A DNA stretch of 64,000 bases from a bacterium (GTDB lineage Bacteria; Fidelibacterota; Fidelibacteria; Fidelibacterales; Fidelibacteraceae): NCBI GenBank assembly GCA_963676395.1, contig OY781066.1, positions 928,001-992,000 of the forward strand. The letters are read 5' to 3'. The notes beneath the pieces are model-generated. The model was given only the letters and a program-made list of their open reading frames with translations, ran no database searches and had not been told where the DNA came from. Made by a program: the position numbers and the translations under genes. Numbering within the stretch: position 1 is the stretch's first letter; each line of letters starts with the position of its first letter. This document shows, in pieces, positions 40,803 through 51,500 of the stretch.

Positions 40803-41249
40803 TTACATTTTTTTGATCACATAGGTAACGACACCCCAGATAATAAAATCATTATCTTCACCTACGGGAATAGGTTCATAAGCATCATTTTCGGGTAGCA
40901 AAAAACATTTACCACTTTCGACATGAACTCTTTTGACAGTAAAATCCCCATCAATAAAGCACACGGCAATGGCATCATTCGTAGGATCTAAAGAACGATC
41001 AATAACCAAAACATCACCATCATGAATTCCTACATTTTCCATTGAATTGCCTTTTACACGGCCATAAAATGTGGCATTGGGATTATTGATAAGTTCCTTG
41101 TTTAAATCAAGACTCATATCCATATAATCATCAGCCGGAGAAGGAAATCCTGCAGAAATATTGTTAGCTACAGGTAATTCCAGCTGAGACGAAGGATCTG
41201 CTGTATAAAAATCTATGGTATTGTGTTTATTAATTCTGGAGAGTTTCAT
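40803..41249 (-). CDS. umuD: UmuD-like S24 autopeptidase
   Basis: SAGFPSPA cleavage site, GNSM, FTVKR. Confidence 0.93.
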   Translation of the reverse strand: MKLSRINKHNTIDFYTADPSSQLELPVANNISAGFPSPADDYMDMSLDLNKELINNPNATFYGRVKGNSMENVGIHDGDVLVIDRSLDPTNDAIAVCFIDGDFTVKRVHVESGKCFLLPENDAYEPIPVGEDNDFIIWGVVTYVIKKM

Positions 41250-41251
41250 GC

Positions 41252-41599
41252 TTAAACCCTATTATAATCATCCTCATATCTTATGATATCATCTTCTCCA
41301 AAATATTCACCGGTTTGAATTTCAATTACAATCGCAGGCTTTTGAGTCACGTTTTCCATACGGTGTTTTGTTTGCTTAGAAATATAGGCATGATCATTTA
41401 CATAATAGTCGGCAACCTGATCACCTATTGTAATACGCATTACACCCTCGGTAACAACCCAGTGCTCATTCCGTTTTTCGTGAGATTGTAATGAAAGACG
41501 CCCACCCGGATTAATAGTAATTTTTTTAATTTTACATGCTTTTTCATCAAGCAATATCTCAAACATACCCCAAGGACGTTCTTCTTTATACAGACTCAC
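41252..41599 (-). CDS. Cupin, mannose-6-phosphate isomerase type II C-terminal-like
   Basis: RPWG, LSLQSH..R.EHW, IEIQTGEY.GEDDIIR. Confidence 0.88.
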   Translation of the reverse strand: MSLYKEERPWGMFEILLDEKACKIKKITINPGGRLSLQSHEKRNEHWVVTEGVMRITIGDQVADYYVNDHAYISKQTKHRMENVTQKPAIVIEIQTGEYFGEDDIIRYEDDYNRV

Positions 41600-42548
41600 T
41601 GTTCCCTACCTCTTCGGATTTTACATTATTCTTTTTCCTGATGATCATAAAAAATGAAACCAATAATACAAGCGCTGCAATAATTTGAATTGATGTCAAA
41701 TGATTATCATTAACAAAATAATCCAACAAGACAGCTGACAAAGGCCAAACCAGTTCAAAAATTGTAGCAATGGATGCGGGAATACGCTTCAAACCAAAAT
41801 AATATATAAACATGGATAATGCTCCACTGGAAAAAACGATCACGACCCATAATTTCCAGTGTATTGCTTGTATATCGGGAATTGCCTTAAAATAACCGCC
41901 AATAAAGATAACTAAAAATGCCAAAATCGTGGTGGCCAGAAATCTTAAAGATGTGGCCGTACTAAAACTTAACTCATTGGTAAAACGTTTACCGAATACC
42001 GTAGATGAACTAAAAGCAAACGCCGCCAATAAGGCATAAAGTGCAGCAGGTTCAACGAATCTAACCTCTTTCAAGCTCATACCGGGTTGGGCAAAAGCAA
42101 GAAAATAGGCAGCAATGATCGCCAAAATAGCCCAAATATAAAAATCTTTTCTAAGTTGTTCTTTCAAAATTAATCGTGCTAACAACAAAGCAAAAATCGG
42201 TTGCAACTTCTGTAAAAGTACAACTGTCGCAAGGGTTGTTTGTGTTTCCGGATTGTAAGCAGAGAAAAAAGCCTGAGTAATAAAGATCGTTCCCAGCAAA
42301 CCACCCCAAACAGAGATCCAAGCTAAAGAACCCCAACCCGCCAATGAAAGCTGTTGAACTTCTTTTCTACCTCTTACAAGAAAGGGTATAAGTACAAGAA
42401 AACCCAGAGCATGTTCAAAAAACACAACCAAAGCGGCCGGTAAATGATAAAACTGTGGACGAATAAAAACGCCATCCAAGCTCCAAAACAATGCAGCTAC
42501 ACCTACCGCCATTGCACCGATCAAAATAGAAAGATTCTTTCTTGCCAT
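41586..42548 (-). CDS. EamA/DMT family transporter
   Basis: About 10 TM; LLQKLQP; YYFGLKR...ATIFEL..P. Confidence 0.88.
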   Translation of the reverse strand: MARKNLSILIGAMAVGVAALFWSLDGVFIRPQFYHLPAALVVFFEHALGFLVLIPFLVRGRKEVQQLSLAGWGSLAWISVWGGLLGTIFITQAFFSAYNPETQTTLATVVLLQKLQPIFALLLARLILKEQLRKDFYIWAILAIIAAYFLAFAQPGMSLKEVRFVEPAALYALLAAFAFSSSTVFGKRFTNELSFSTATSLRFLATTILAFLVIFIGGYFKAIPDIQAIHWKLWVVIVFSSGALSMFIYYFGLKRIPASIATIFELVWPLSAVLLDYFVNDNHLTSIQIIAALVLLVSFFMIIRKKNNVKSEEVGNSESV

Positions 42549-43447
42549 TATTTCATATCACCTTTCTGAAGTTCCAGTACACTATTAATGTTTACTTTAT
42601 TGGTTTTTAGCCATTGTTCTAATTTATCAATATCTTTCGAGCTTTTCATTAAATATTTTATTTCAATTCCGGGTGTTTCAAATGTCTCATCTATGCCCAA
42701 TTGCAAATTGTTCAATCTATCAAAAGCGGAATTTCTGTTTTTTAGTTCTTCTCTGTACCTTGAAATTACAGGGTACCTCAAGATCGACAGCTGTGCTCTG
42801 ATCGCCGCTAACTTTTGAGCGGAGCTAAGATCTCCTTCAAGTATTGAATTTACTTCGATCGCTTTCAGCAACTCAGCATAATGAACTTCATCTCTAATTG
42901 ATAGTTCCTTAAGCAAAATCGCGATCTGCTCCAACATGTTTATACCGGGCTTTAGCGTAAGGAAATGTTCAATATTTTTTCTTAATTCCGGATCTTCAAA
43001 TGCACGAATTCTTTTATAGGAAATATTCTTAGAAATAAAATAAGACTTCCATTCATATGACAAGGTATCCAAATCTCTGATCTTATCCCAATCACGTAAT
43101 GGAATGTTTAACTTCCTACACCAACTTTGCCTATCCGGATCTTTGGAATATTTTTCCAAAAGGATAAGCAATTTTGACACATCAAATATAGTTAATTCAT
43201 AAAAGGTGATAAGATCATCCAACACCTCTTCATAGCTTAAATCTTCCGGATAAACCATTGCCATGATGTCTGCGTCCGTTTCTTCTATGTGATAATATGA
43301 ACATGGTATCCACTTTCCATCGTATTTCCAAAATAATGGAAGAGTATTGGGGAATTGACTTTGCTTGCTATCCCGAAAGACCTCAAGATCAAAACGTTTA
43401 TCCCAATGGTCGATCATGTCTGAATGTATGCTGATCACTTGTTTCAT
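42548..43447 (-). CDS. Hypothetical protein, possibly divergent ParB-like
   Basis: Soluble 299 aa. The C-terminal LRYP...FE..GIEI pattern recalls ParB-N-containing proteins, but no clear GxRR motif is present. Confidence 0.45.
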   Translation of the reverse strand: MKQVISIHSDMIDHWDKRFDLEVFRDSKQSQFPNTLPLFWKYDGKWIPCSYYHIEETDADIMAMVYPEDLSYEEVLDDLITFYELTIFDVSKLLILLEKYSKDPDRQSWCRKLNIPLRDWDKIRDLDTLSYEWKSYFISKNISYKRIRAFEDPELRKNIEHFLTLKPGINMLEQIAILLKELSIRDEVHYAELLKAIEVNSILEGDLSSAQKLAAIRAQLSILRYPVISRYREELKNRNSAFDRLNNLQLGIDETFETPGIEIKYLMKSSKDIDKLEQWLKTNKVNINSVLELQKGDMK

Positions 43448-43541
43448 ATCAGCGAAATACTACATAATAATTTAGCCTTTAAAAAGGAAAAATATTGTCT
43501 TTCATAGAAATTCGTTTTATGTTGTAGTCGATATTTGAATT

Positions 43542-43714
43542 AAACTTGCGGTCACATTTTTTTGAATCAACGCTGAACAATAGGGAGCCAAAGCTCATAG
43601 TCGGTGGAAATCAGGCCTTCTTGCCATAGTTTGACTACGACAGGTAAAGGAAGATTGAATTCGACGGCGGGCACCCACCGTGTAAATACGGGTTCATTAA
43701 ATAACCGCAAGTTT
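43542..43714 (+). ncRNA. ssrS: 6S RNA
   Basis: Closing stem AAACTTGCGGT/ACCGCAAGTTT; conserved GGGAGCC and GGCACCCACC...CGGGTTC motifs; about 173 nt. Confidence 0.82.
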
Positions 43715-43759
43715 TTTTATGCGTGCTGTTTTTATGCTCTTCTTCATGTTAACACTAGA

Positions 43760-44010
43760 GAATAATTAATTTTATATTTTGAGCTAAATTAACTTGATTT
43801 TATTTATGAAAAGCCGTATGTTGGTTTCGATCATGAGTGTGAATAATATGTGGATAAGCGAATATATTACACCTTGTTGATTGTTAACGATTTTACAGAT
43901 TTTGGCAACAATTATTATAAATAGCTGATTATCAGCATGTTTTATTACCATACTTATTGTGGATAACTTGTTAACAGTATGTGAGTAAATATAGGCGGGA
44001 ATGTGGATAA
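43760..44010. other. Probable replication origin oriC
   Basis: DnaA boxes TGTGAATAA 43838, TGTGGATAA 43849, 43958 and 44002, TGTGAGTAA 43980; AT-rich tract 43760-43810; adjacent to dnaA. Confidence 0.8.
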
Positions 44011-45415
44011 TATTCAATATGACAAAAATGCACTCTTAGAAGAAGAAAGATGGGGTAAGTGTGTAAAAGAGCTTGAGAGCAACGTAAATCAGCAATCTTT
44101 CAGCTCCTGGTTTGCCCCCTTAAGATACTGTTCAAATGACAATGGTATTTTAACCCTGTCCGCTCCTAATAAATTTCATATTGAGTTTATCGAATATAAT
44201 TACTGGGATACGCTTTCCCCCATCATCGACAAGCATTTCCCCGAAAACAAAAAAGTACAATTCATTATAAACTCTCAAATCAAGCCGGAGCGTCATAATG
44301 ATGCTATTGGCAATAGTACTCCCGAGATACAAGCTGTTCAAGAAGAAAGCAGTCAAAAACCCAAGCCACCCAAACCTGATATCTACTCTACTTTTAACAG
44401 TCGTTTTACATTTGAAGAATTTGTAGAAGGACCGCATAACCAATTTGCTAAAGTTGCTGCCTCTTCGGTTTCCGAAAACCCCGGAAAATCCTACAACCCC
44501 TTGTTTATTTATGGCGGTACCGGATTGGGTAAAACTCACTTACTGCAGGCCATTGGCAACAGAGCCTATATACGAAATCCATACAGAAGAATTATTTACG
44601 TATCAATTGATACGTTTATGAGAGATTTTATAGACGCAATACAGAACAACAAGAAAAACGATTTTTCAATGCTTTACAAGCAAGCAGATATATTATTAGT
44701 GGATGATGTACAATTCCTGAGATCAAGAGAAGGGACACAGGAACAATTTTTCCATATATTTAATGATTTGCTCCAGCGAGATAAACAAATCGTGATTACA
44801 TCGGACCGACCTCCGAAGGAGCTAGAGGGTTTGGAAGAACGTCTTGTGTCCCGTTTTCTTTCAGGTTTAATGGTCGATGTTCAGGCTCCCGACCTTGAAT
44901 CCCGTATTGCTATTTTACAACACAAAACAATCATTGAAAATCTTGATATCCCTTACGAGGTTATTGAATTCATTGCACAAAATATCTCTTCAAATATTCG
45001 TGAACTTGAAGGCACGCTTACAACTATGCTGGCAAGATCTTCTTTGGGACATATAGATATCTCTCTGGGCTTGGCCAAGTCAGTGCTTATGGATATGAAA
45101 GGTGTAAAGCGAGATCGCATGATCTCAATTGATACGGTTCAAAAAGTAGTTACGCGCTACTATAAAGTCACACCAAATGAGATTATCGGCAAAGGTCGAA
45201 GAAAAGAGGTTGCGCTGGCCCGACAAGTTATGATGTATCTCTGTCGTGAACTTTGCCAGGCTTCACTTAAAACCATTGGTTTAAGACTGGGTGGGCGCGA
45301 TCATACCACCGTCATGTACGGTGTGCGCGAGATCGGCAAACGCTGTAAAAATGATCCTGCGTTTAAAAAAGAAGTCGAGTTGATCACGCAGCAAGTTGAA
45401 TTTGAGGGTGACTAA
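44003..45415 (+). CDS. dnaA: Chromosomal replication initiator DnaA
   Basis: YNPLFIYGGTGLGKTHL, LLVDDVQF, QEQFFHIFN, NIRELEG, GGRDHTTV. Confidence 0.98.
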   Translation: MDNIQYDKNALLEEERWGKCVKELESNVNQQSFSSWFAPLRYCSNDNGILTLSAPNKFHIEFIEYNYWDTLSPIIDKHFPENKKVQFIINSQIKPERHNDAIGNSTPEIQAVQEESSQKPKPPKPDIYSTFNSRFTFEEFVEGPHNQFAKVAASSVSENPGKSYNPLFIYGGTGLGKTHLLQAIGNRAYIRNPYRRIIYVSIDTFMRDFIDAIQNNKKNDFSMLYKQADILLVDDVQFLRSREGTQEQFFHIFNDLLQRDKQIVITSDRPPKELEGLEERLVSRFLSGLMVDVQAPDLESRIAILQHKTIIENLDIPYEVIEFIAQNISSNIRELEGTLTTMLARSSLGHIDISLGLAKSVLMDMKGVKRDRMISIDTVQKVVTRYYKVTPNEIIGKGRRKEVALARQVMMYLCRELCQASLKTIGLRLGGRDHTTVMYGVREIGKRCKNDPAFKKEVELITQQVEFEGD

Positions 45416-45459
45416 ACACTGCACATTCGAAAAAACACACTATATAAAAGCAAACATTT

Positions 45460-45483
45460 AAGGCACAAATTTCTTTGTGCCTT
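45460..45483. terminator. Hairpin between convergent dnaA and bcp
   Basis: AAGGCACAAA-TTTC-TTTGTGCCTT (GAAA loop on the - strand). Confidence 0.7.
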
Positions 45484-45534
45484 TATTATATCGCAGTCTT
45501 TATTTTATATTATTTCAAATAATGTACAACTGAG

Positions 45535-46005
45535 TTATTTTTCAACTCCGAATTCTTCCAAAATCTTATCCGAATGGCCTGGAACTCTGACGCGTCCATA
45601 TATCTTCGAGATATTTCCTTCCTCGTCGATCAAAAAGGTCTTACGAATCACACCCACGGTAATCTTACCATACATATTTTTTTCACCCCATGCACCATAG
45701 GTTTTCATTACCTCTTTATCTTCATCGGATAACAATAGAAAGGGTAACTCATATTTCTCAATGAACTTCTTGTGCGCACGAGCCCCATCTTTCGAAACAC
45801 CAATAATCACAATATCATTATCAGTATACGCTTTGTAATCATCCCTAAAAGCACAGGCTTCTTTCGTGCAACCGGGTGTATCATCTTTGGGATAAAAATA
45901 CAAAACAACACGCTTGCCACGAAATTGTGACAAACTATACTCTTTTCCATCTGCATCCGGCAGTTTAAAGTCGGGAGCAACATGCTTTACTTCTAATTTA
46001 TTCAT
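45535..46005 (-). CDS. bcp: Thioredoxin-dependent thiol peroxidase Bcp
   Basis: [21 protein letters not shown]. Confidence 0.95.
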   Translation of the reverse strand: MNKLEVKHVAPDFKLPDADGKEYSLSQFRGKRVVLYFYPKDDTPGCTKEACAFRDDYKAYTDNDIVIIGVSKDGARAHKKFIEKYELPFLLLSDEDKEVMKTYGAWGEKNMYGKITVGVIRKTFLIDEEGNISKIYGRVRVPGHSDKILEEFGVEK

Positions 46006-46056
46006 GGTCTTTCCTTTATTTTAAATCGTTTTTCAACACACTTACTTCAAGAAAGT

Positions 46057-47073
46057 TCACTTTTTTTTCAAGAATTTAGCCATCGCTTTACGAACCCGCC
46101 GTATTTCATATACGATCCCCAGATGCCCACGATTATTATCAAGCACCAGCGTTTTTGCATTTACAAGCTTAGCAAAACTTAGCGCCTCCCATGGTGAGAC
46201 TGTATGATCCTGTTTGTTTACAATAATAAACAATTTTGTTTTAATTCTTTCCGCTGTTTTTGCGATATCATATTCATCTCTCCAAGATATATCGTGATAA
46301 TACAAAGCTTTTGTCTGACAATAAAAGTTATCGGCATTAAAAGTCGTTGGCTCATACACATCAAATGTAGCAATATAATCTTGTACTTCGGTATGTGACA
46401 GCTCAAGGCAATAATACTCCGGCGACTTTGCATTAACATTCTGATACAATCGTACCGAGCGCATATATTCTTCGGGTGGAATATTGTATTTTCGACCCAT
46501 TTCGATTATATCTAATGCCGCTTCCCGACGAATGATATCATAAGCGGAATTTCTGGGTGAAGAAACATACAACACAGCTTTATCCACCAATTCCGGATAT
46601 TCAGCGACAAACTCAAAACCCTGCATAGACCCCATAGACCCACCTACAAGAGCATGAAGATGATCAATATTCAGATCATCAAGTACAGCTTTCAAACCGT
46701 GTACCATATCGACCACGCGTATATCGGGAAAATCGGGTCCCGCCTGTGTTTTTGAATTTGACGGAGAACTTGAGACTCCATTTCCCAAAGCGTCGACAAT
46801 AACAATGCAGTAAGCCGATGTATCAACAAAATTATATTTTGTGATCAATCCCACCACATGCTCAGACGTCCCTCCATGCCAAGTGGGATATAAAACAAAA
46901 TTACTACTGTCCTGATTGACTTCACCTATAATCCTATAACCCATGCGGCAATTTTCAAGAGTTTCTCCATTAAACAATTGAACATCACCAAGCTCAACAA
47001 AGTTTAGTATTGGCACAGCAAAAGCAATACTTAAAAGGAGAAAAGGCAATAAAATCAAGTTGATCTTTTTCAT
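46057..47073 (-). CDS. Secreted alpha/beta hydrolase, homoserine O-acetyltransferase-like fold
   Basis: Signal peptide from MKKIN; GNGVSSSPSN, GGSMG nucleophile elbow, D and GH near the C-terminus. Confidence 0.8.
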   Translation of the reverse strand: MKKINLILLPFLLLSIAFAVPILNFVELGDVQLFNGETLENCRMGYRIIGEVNQDSSNFVLYPTWHGGTSEHVVGLITKYNFVDTSAYCIVIVDALGNGVSSSPSNSKTQAGPDFPDIRVVDMVHGLKAVLDDLNIDHLHALVGGSMGSMQGFEFVAEYPELVDKAVLYVSSPRNSAYDIIRREAALDIIEMGRKYNIPPEEYMRSVRLYQNVNAKSPEYYCLELSHTEVQDYIATFDVYEPTTFNADNFYCQTKALYYHDISWRDEYDIAKTAERIKTKLFIIVNKQDHTVSPWEALSFAKLVNAKTLVLDNNRGHLGIVYEIRRVRKAMAKFLKKK

Positions 47074-47158
47074 TTGATTATTCCGTTTTTTTATTTCCAA
47101 AATATAAGCTTCTTATCAGATTAGAAAAAGAATTATAATGATGAGAAATTTATAATTG

Positions 47159-48316
47159 TTATTTACTGTTCAGTTCGTCGATACATTTTCGTATGGCCGC
47201 CACACCGGACTGAATGTCTTTTTCTTCAATGGCAAATGATATCCTGATATACCCCTCGGCAAGCGGCCCGAAATGAGAACCGGGAGTTACCAGTATACCG
47301 TATTGCTCATTTAAGATCTTTACAAAACGTACATCAGACATCCTATCTTCCAACTCGTTCTTAACATTGATCAATATAAAATATCCCGCTTCGGCGCTGA
47401 CATAACTTTTTAATTCATATTGTTGCAAAGTTTCCAACATGAGCTTTCGTCGATTTTGCAATATGGATAATAGCTTATCTTTTGTTTCATCACCTAAACC
47501 CTTTACCATTCGCAACGCCAGTCTTTGAGAAAAAGTATTGGCACAAGTCGATGAAATATAACGAACCGAGTTTATCGCTTCGGTAATCTTCGGGTGAGCA
47601 AACAGCCAACCGATCCGAAGCCCACTGATGCTAAACAGCTTAGTCATGCTTGAAAAGGTAATCACATGATCGGCATAACCGGCAAAGGAACAACAATGAT
47701 TTGTAGCATAGCGAACTTCATAAAAAGATTCATCCACAAGAATATAAATATCGTGCTCTTCACAATAGACTGAAAGTTTTGCAAATTCATTTTTATCAAA
47801 AAGCTGTCCCGTAGCTATCAAAGGATTATTGATCAAGATCGCGCGCGTTTTATCACTGATCATTTCGATCATCTTTTCTGCTGTTACCGCATGAGGCATT
47901 TCGAGCGATACGGGATATTCCCTCACGGTTCCCGAAAAGAAATGACCTACGGCTTCATGTGCACGAAGTGTAAGCGACGGTACAAGCAATTCCTCTTCGG
48001 GGTCCAAAAGCGCGGCAAGAACACAAAAAATAGCCTCTGTTGTACCGGTCGTGATAGTTGTGCCTGCAACACCCCATTCCAATTCATATTTACCGGCAAG
48101 AGCTTCACGAAGTACGGGTAAACCATAAGTTTCGGTATAATTTAAATTCTCTGAGCGTATGATTTCCTGTGCGGCATTCAATAATATTCCCGGCACCGGA
48201 AAAGGTGGCACCGAAGATGTCATATCAATATGTCCTTTAGGAATCTCATCTCTCAGGATTCGTTCACTGGAACCGATCAGATCCAGCAGATGTTGTATGC
48301 GTGTACTAAATTTCAT
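47159..48316 (-). CDS. PLP-dependent aminotransferase class I/II (divergent)
   Basis: Y....G...LREA, ILVDE, SMTKLFSISGLRIGW, PGSHFG, YIRISFA. Confidence 0.85.
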   Translation of the reverse strand: MKFSTRIQHLLDLIGSSERILRDEIPKGHIDMTSSVPPFPVPGILLNAAQEIIRSENLNYTETYGLPVLREALAGKYELEWGVAGTTITTGTTEAIFCVLAALLDPEEELLVPSLTLRAHEAVGHFFSGTVREYPVSLEMPHAVTAEKMIEMISDKTRAILINNPLIATGQLFDKNEFAKLSVYCEEHDIYILVDESFYEVRYATNHCCSFAGYADHVITFSSMTKLFSISGLRIGWLFAHPKITEAINSVRYISSTCANTFSQRLALRMVKGLGDETKDKLLSILQNRRKLMLETLQQYELKSYVSAEAGYFILINVKNELEDRMSDVRFVKILNEQYGILVTPGSHFGPLAEGYIRISFAIEEKDIQSGVAAIRKCIDELNSK

Positions 48317-48461
48317 CGCGAAATGATAATAAGTTTATTTGTTTAATTAGGCAAGCAATATTTATTCGGAAGCAATTTACCGGAATTCATCTATTGGGAC
48401 TCTTAATAGATTTAGCTTAACACCCCGGGTTTTGAGCTTGACAAAAATTAAACAACAAAAT

Positions 48462-48487
48462 AAAAAGGCTCGGAAATACCGAGCCTT
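48462..48487 (-). terminator. Intrinsic terminator of the M6 protease gene
   Basis: Stem AAGGCTCGG/CCGAGCCTT with a T-run on the - strand. Confidence 0.8.
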
Positions 48488-48507
48488 GTATGACTGTTTT
48501 AATATTA

Positions 48508-51500
48508 TTATTTCAATAAAACCATTTTTCTGGTAATAACCTCAGGCCCGGCCGTCAAACGATACAAGTACATACCACTTGGCAGATCTGCAGCGTGGAA
48601 GCGTACGGTATAATAACCCGCTTCTTGATATCCATTTGCCAATGTGTGGACTAATTGTCCATTTAAATTGTAAACGTTCAATGTCACATTTACATCTTCG
48701 GGCAATTGATAATCTATGCTTGTCATAGGATTAAATGGGTTGGGATAATTTTGAGAGCAGGCAAAATCATCTGGCAGACCATCTGCCAAGCCTGTTTCAC
48801 TCACCAAAACATCAACAACCTGTACACAAGAATCATTTTCAATATCCTTGGCTCGAAGCTCAATGCTTTCTAAACCTTGAAAATCAGAATTCGGTGTTAA
48901 TACCAAAAGCGTATCATCAACAATTCCCACCGCAAGATTTACCGGCAACCCGACCCAAGAATAAGTCATGGGATCACCATTGGGATCAACAAAAATCTCA
49001 TTCAAATTATAGGTCTTTGCCTGATTCATCTTTACATCAAGCGTATCATATGTGTCATCCACAAATACCGGAGCATCATTAAAAACCGTAATATAGTTTA
49101 TTTTCATACTATTAGAGACTTTACCATCCTTTAACGCAGAAAGCGATACAGAATACACGCCTGAACGTGTATAGGTATGAACCGGTTCTTTTTCATTATA
49201 AAATTCACCATCATCGCCAAATTCCCAAATATAAGAATCTGTCGTATCGGGATTACATACCGTTGTATTCATGAATTTTACGGTCAACGGTTTGCGCCCT
49301 TCAGTATTGGCAGCATAAAAACCTGCCGCTAAACCCGTATCCAATGCTGATGAAATTTCAAAATCATCTATACACCAGTACTTTTCTTTTGCCCCACGAT
49401 AGCCTAATTTAAATTTTACATCTCTAAAACCACCAACCATGTCTGACATATCGATCTCGGCCATTTCCGTACCGTTCGTACCCTCTGTCCAACGAGCAGC
49501 TTCAAACCAAACCTGTCCGTTATTGACCGTATACAACAAGCGAGCCAAGGTAAGATTTACAACCTCTAACTTATGTTGGAATTTTACAACAACCGAATGA
49601 CTTAAACCGAAATTAAACGACTGGGTGATCAACTCGGCATCGATCTGTGTTACATTTCCCGCATATTCTGAATCCATCACAATAAAACCATTATCGGATG
49701 TACTTGAGGCAATGGTTCTGTTCAATGGATTTTCTAAGCCAAAAGTTCCATTGCCATAACGATCGAACACGGTCCAACCTTCGGGAATGCCATCAGAAAA
49801 ATCCGTATAATAAAATGGTGGTGAATTTGTCGTGATCTCTTTCAAGTTCTTTTCGGAATATATGTAAGAAGAATCATCAAAAGCAAAAACCGCATAATTT
49901 TGCAAGGTTCCTTCATTCAAACCCGTATGATAAAATACCGTGTCTATACCTTTGTAAACAACCTCGCCACCGGCGATGGATTCGCCTACACTATATTTGT
50001 GCATATTTTCGGGATAACCAAGCTTCGTATCTTCCCCCCAAACGATCATTACTGAATCGGCATTTGCATTCAATTCCCAGGAAACAGTCACCGAATCGTA
50101 ACCCTGAGTTGAAATGGAGATATCGGTAGGACTATCAATACGGGCATCGCCAAACATAAAGGTGATCACACCACCTGATTCGTTGATAGCACGAATGGGT
50201 GAACGACTTGGATTATCGGACCAGTCTAACGCGTTTGGATTGGTATTATCGGTAAAAGAAGTATTTCCGCTTGTACCCGGAAAAGGATCCCCACCATTGT
50301 CATAACCGGCAGAAGGATTTCCAAAACCGTCGGCTTCTTCCAAATCAAAAGCCTGGCGTGCGGGATTATTGTTTAAGCTATTACTATTCCAACCGGAGTG
50401 ATTTAGATCAATATGATAAACCAACAAACCGTGTCCGGGCAGAGCTGCATCAAAACCTGTCCTCTGACGATTTTCCATCATGAAATATTCACCGATATTT
50501 TCTGCCTTAAAATATCGGATCTCATTATACGTATAAGCCGGATTCATCGTAACAGCTTCGATATCACTTAACTCTACCGCAGTAGCCCAGTTTAAGTACA
50601 TTCTTGACCAGGCATTAAATAAAGGAGGACGTCGACCACTATCATTCCAGGAGCCACCGGCCATTTCATCCCAATTCCCCAAACCACCTGAATTACCACC
50701 ACTACCGGAATAATCGGTATCATAAAAATCGGGCAAACCGCAAACATGGCCAAATTCATGGCAAATCACGCCAATGCTTGTAAGTGTCGTACCTGAAGTA
50801 CCATATAATTCATTGGATGTGGAATAATCACCAAAGTATTTTCCATCAAGCTGTTGTGATCCCATAGAATACAACCACCAACGATGCGGCCAAATCGTAT
50901 TGGCCGAAGCACCCGAAGCCTGTCCGTAACCCGCATAGATAAAATAAACATTATCTACATAGCCATCATTATCCAGATCATAATCGGAATAATCTACATA
51001 AGGATCCGCAGCAATAAGTGCATCATAAGTAAATTGTTGAATATTTACATCATGATCATCACCATTATCTTTTCCATAATATTCCCAAGTGGAATCCAAA
51101 TTAATAGGACCTACAACATCAAAGCTAGGATCAAATAGATCGAATGATGTCTTCTTATAATACTCGTTTACAGATCCTATGGCGCCATTATATGTATAAT
51201 CTTTAGCATTAAACAATGAGTCGAAATGCTCGGCATTGTATACAAAATTCTTATTAGAAAAACCTACTAAAATACAAAGAAATTTTCTAGAGCCAAGTGT
51301 TGGAAAATCCGTATGCCCAAAAGGGTCAGCAGCCGGAACTTGCAAGGCAGCACTTTTATGCGTATGCACAGGAGACTGCTGTAAACCGGTTTTTACGGTT
51401 GAAATATTCACCGGCATATTTTCAATGTTTGGCATTTTTTGAATTTGTTTTAAATCTTTTGAATCACGTACTTTCTGATCATGTGCGCGCACACCGGAAA

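Noticed and set aside
43784..44017. 77-aa minus-strand ORF
   Set aside because: Coincides with the DnaA-box cluster; no protein features.
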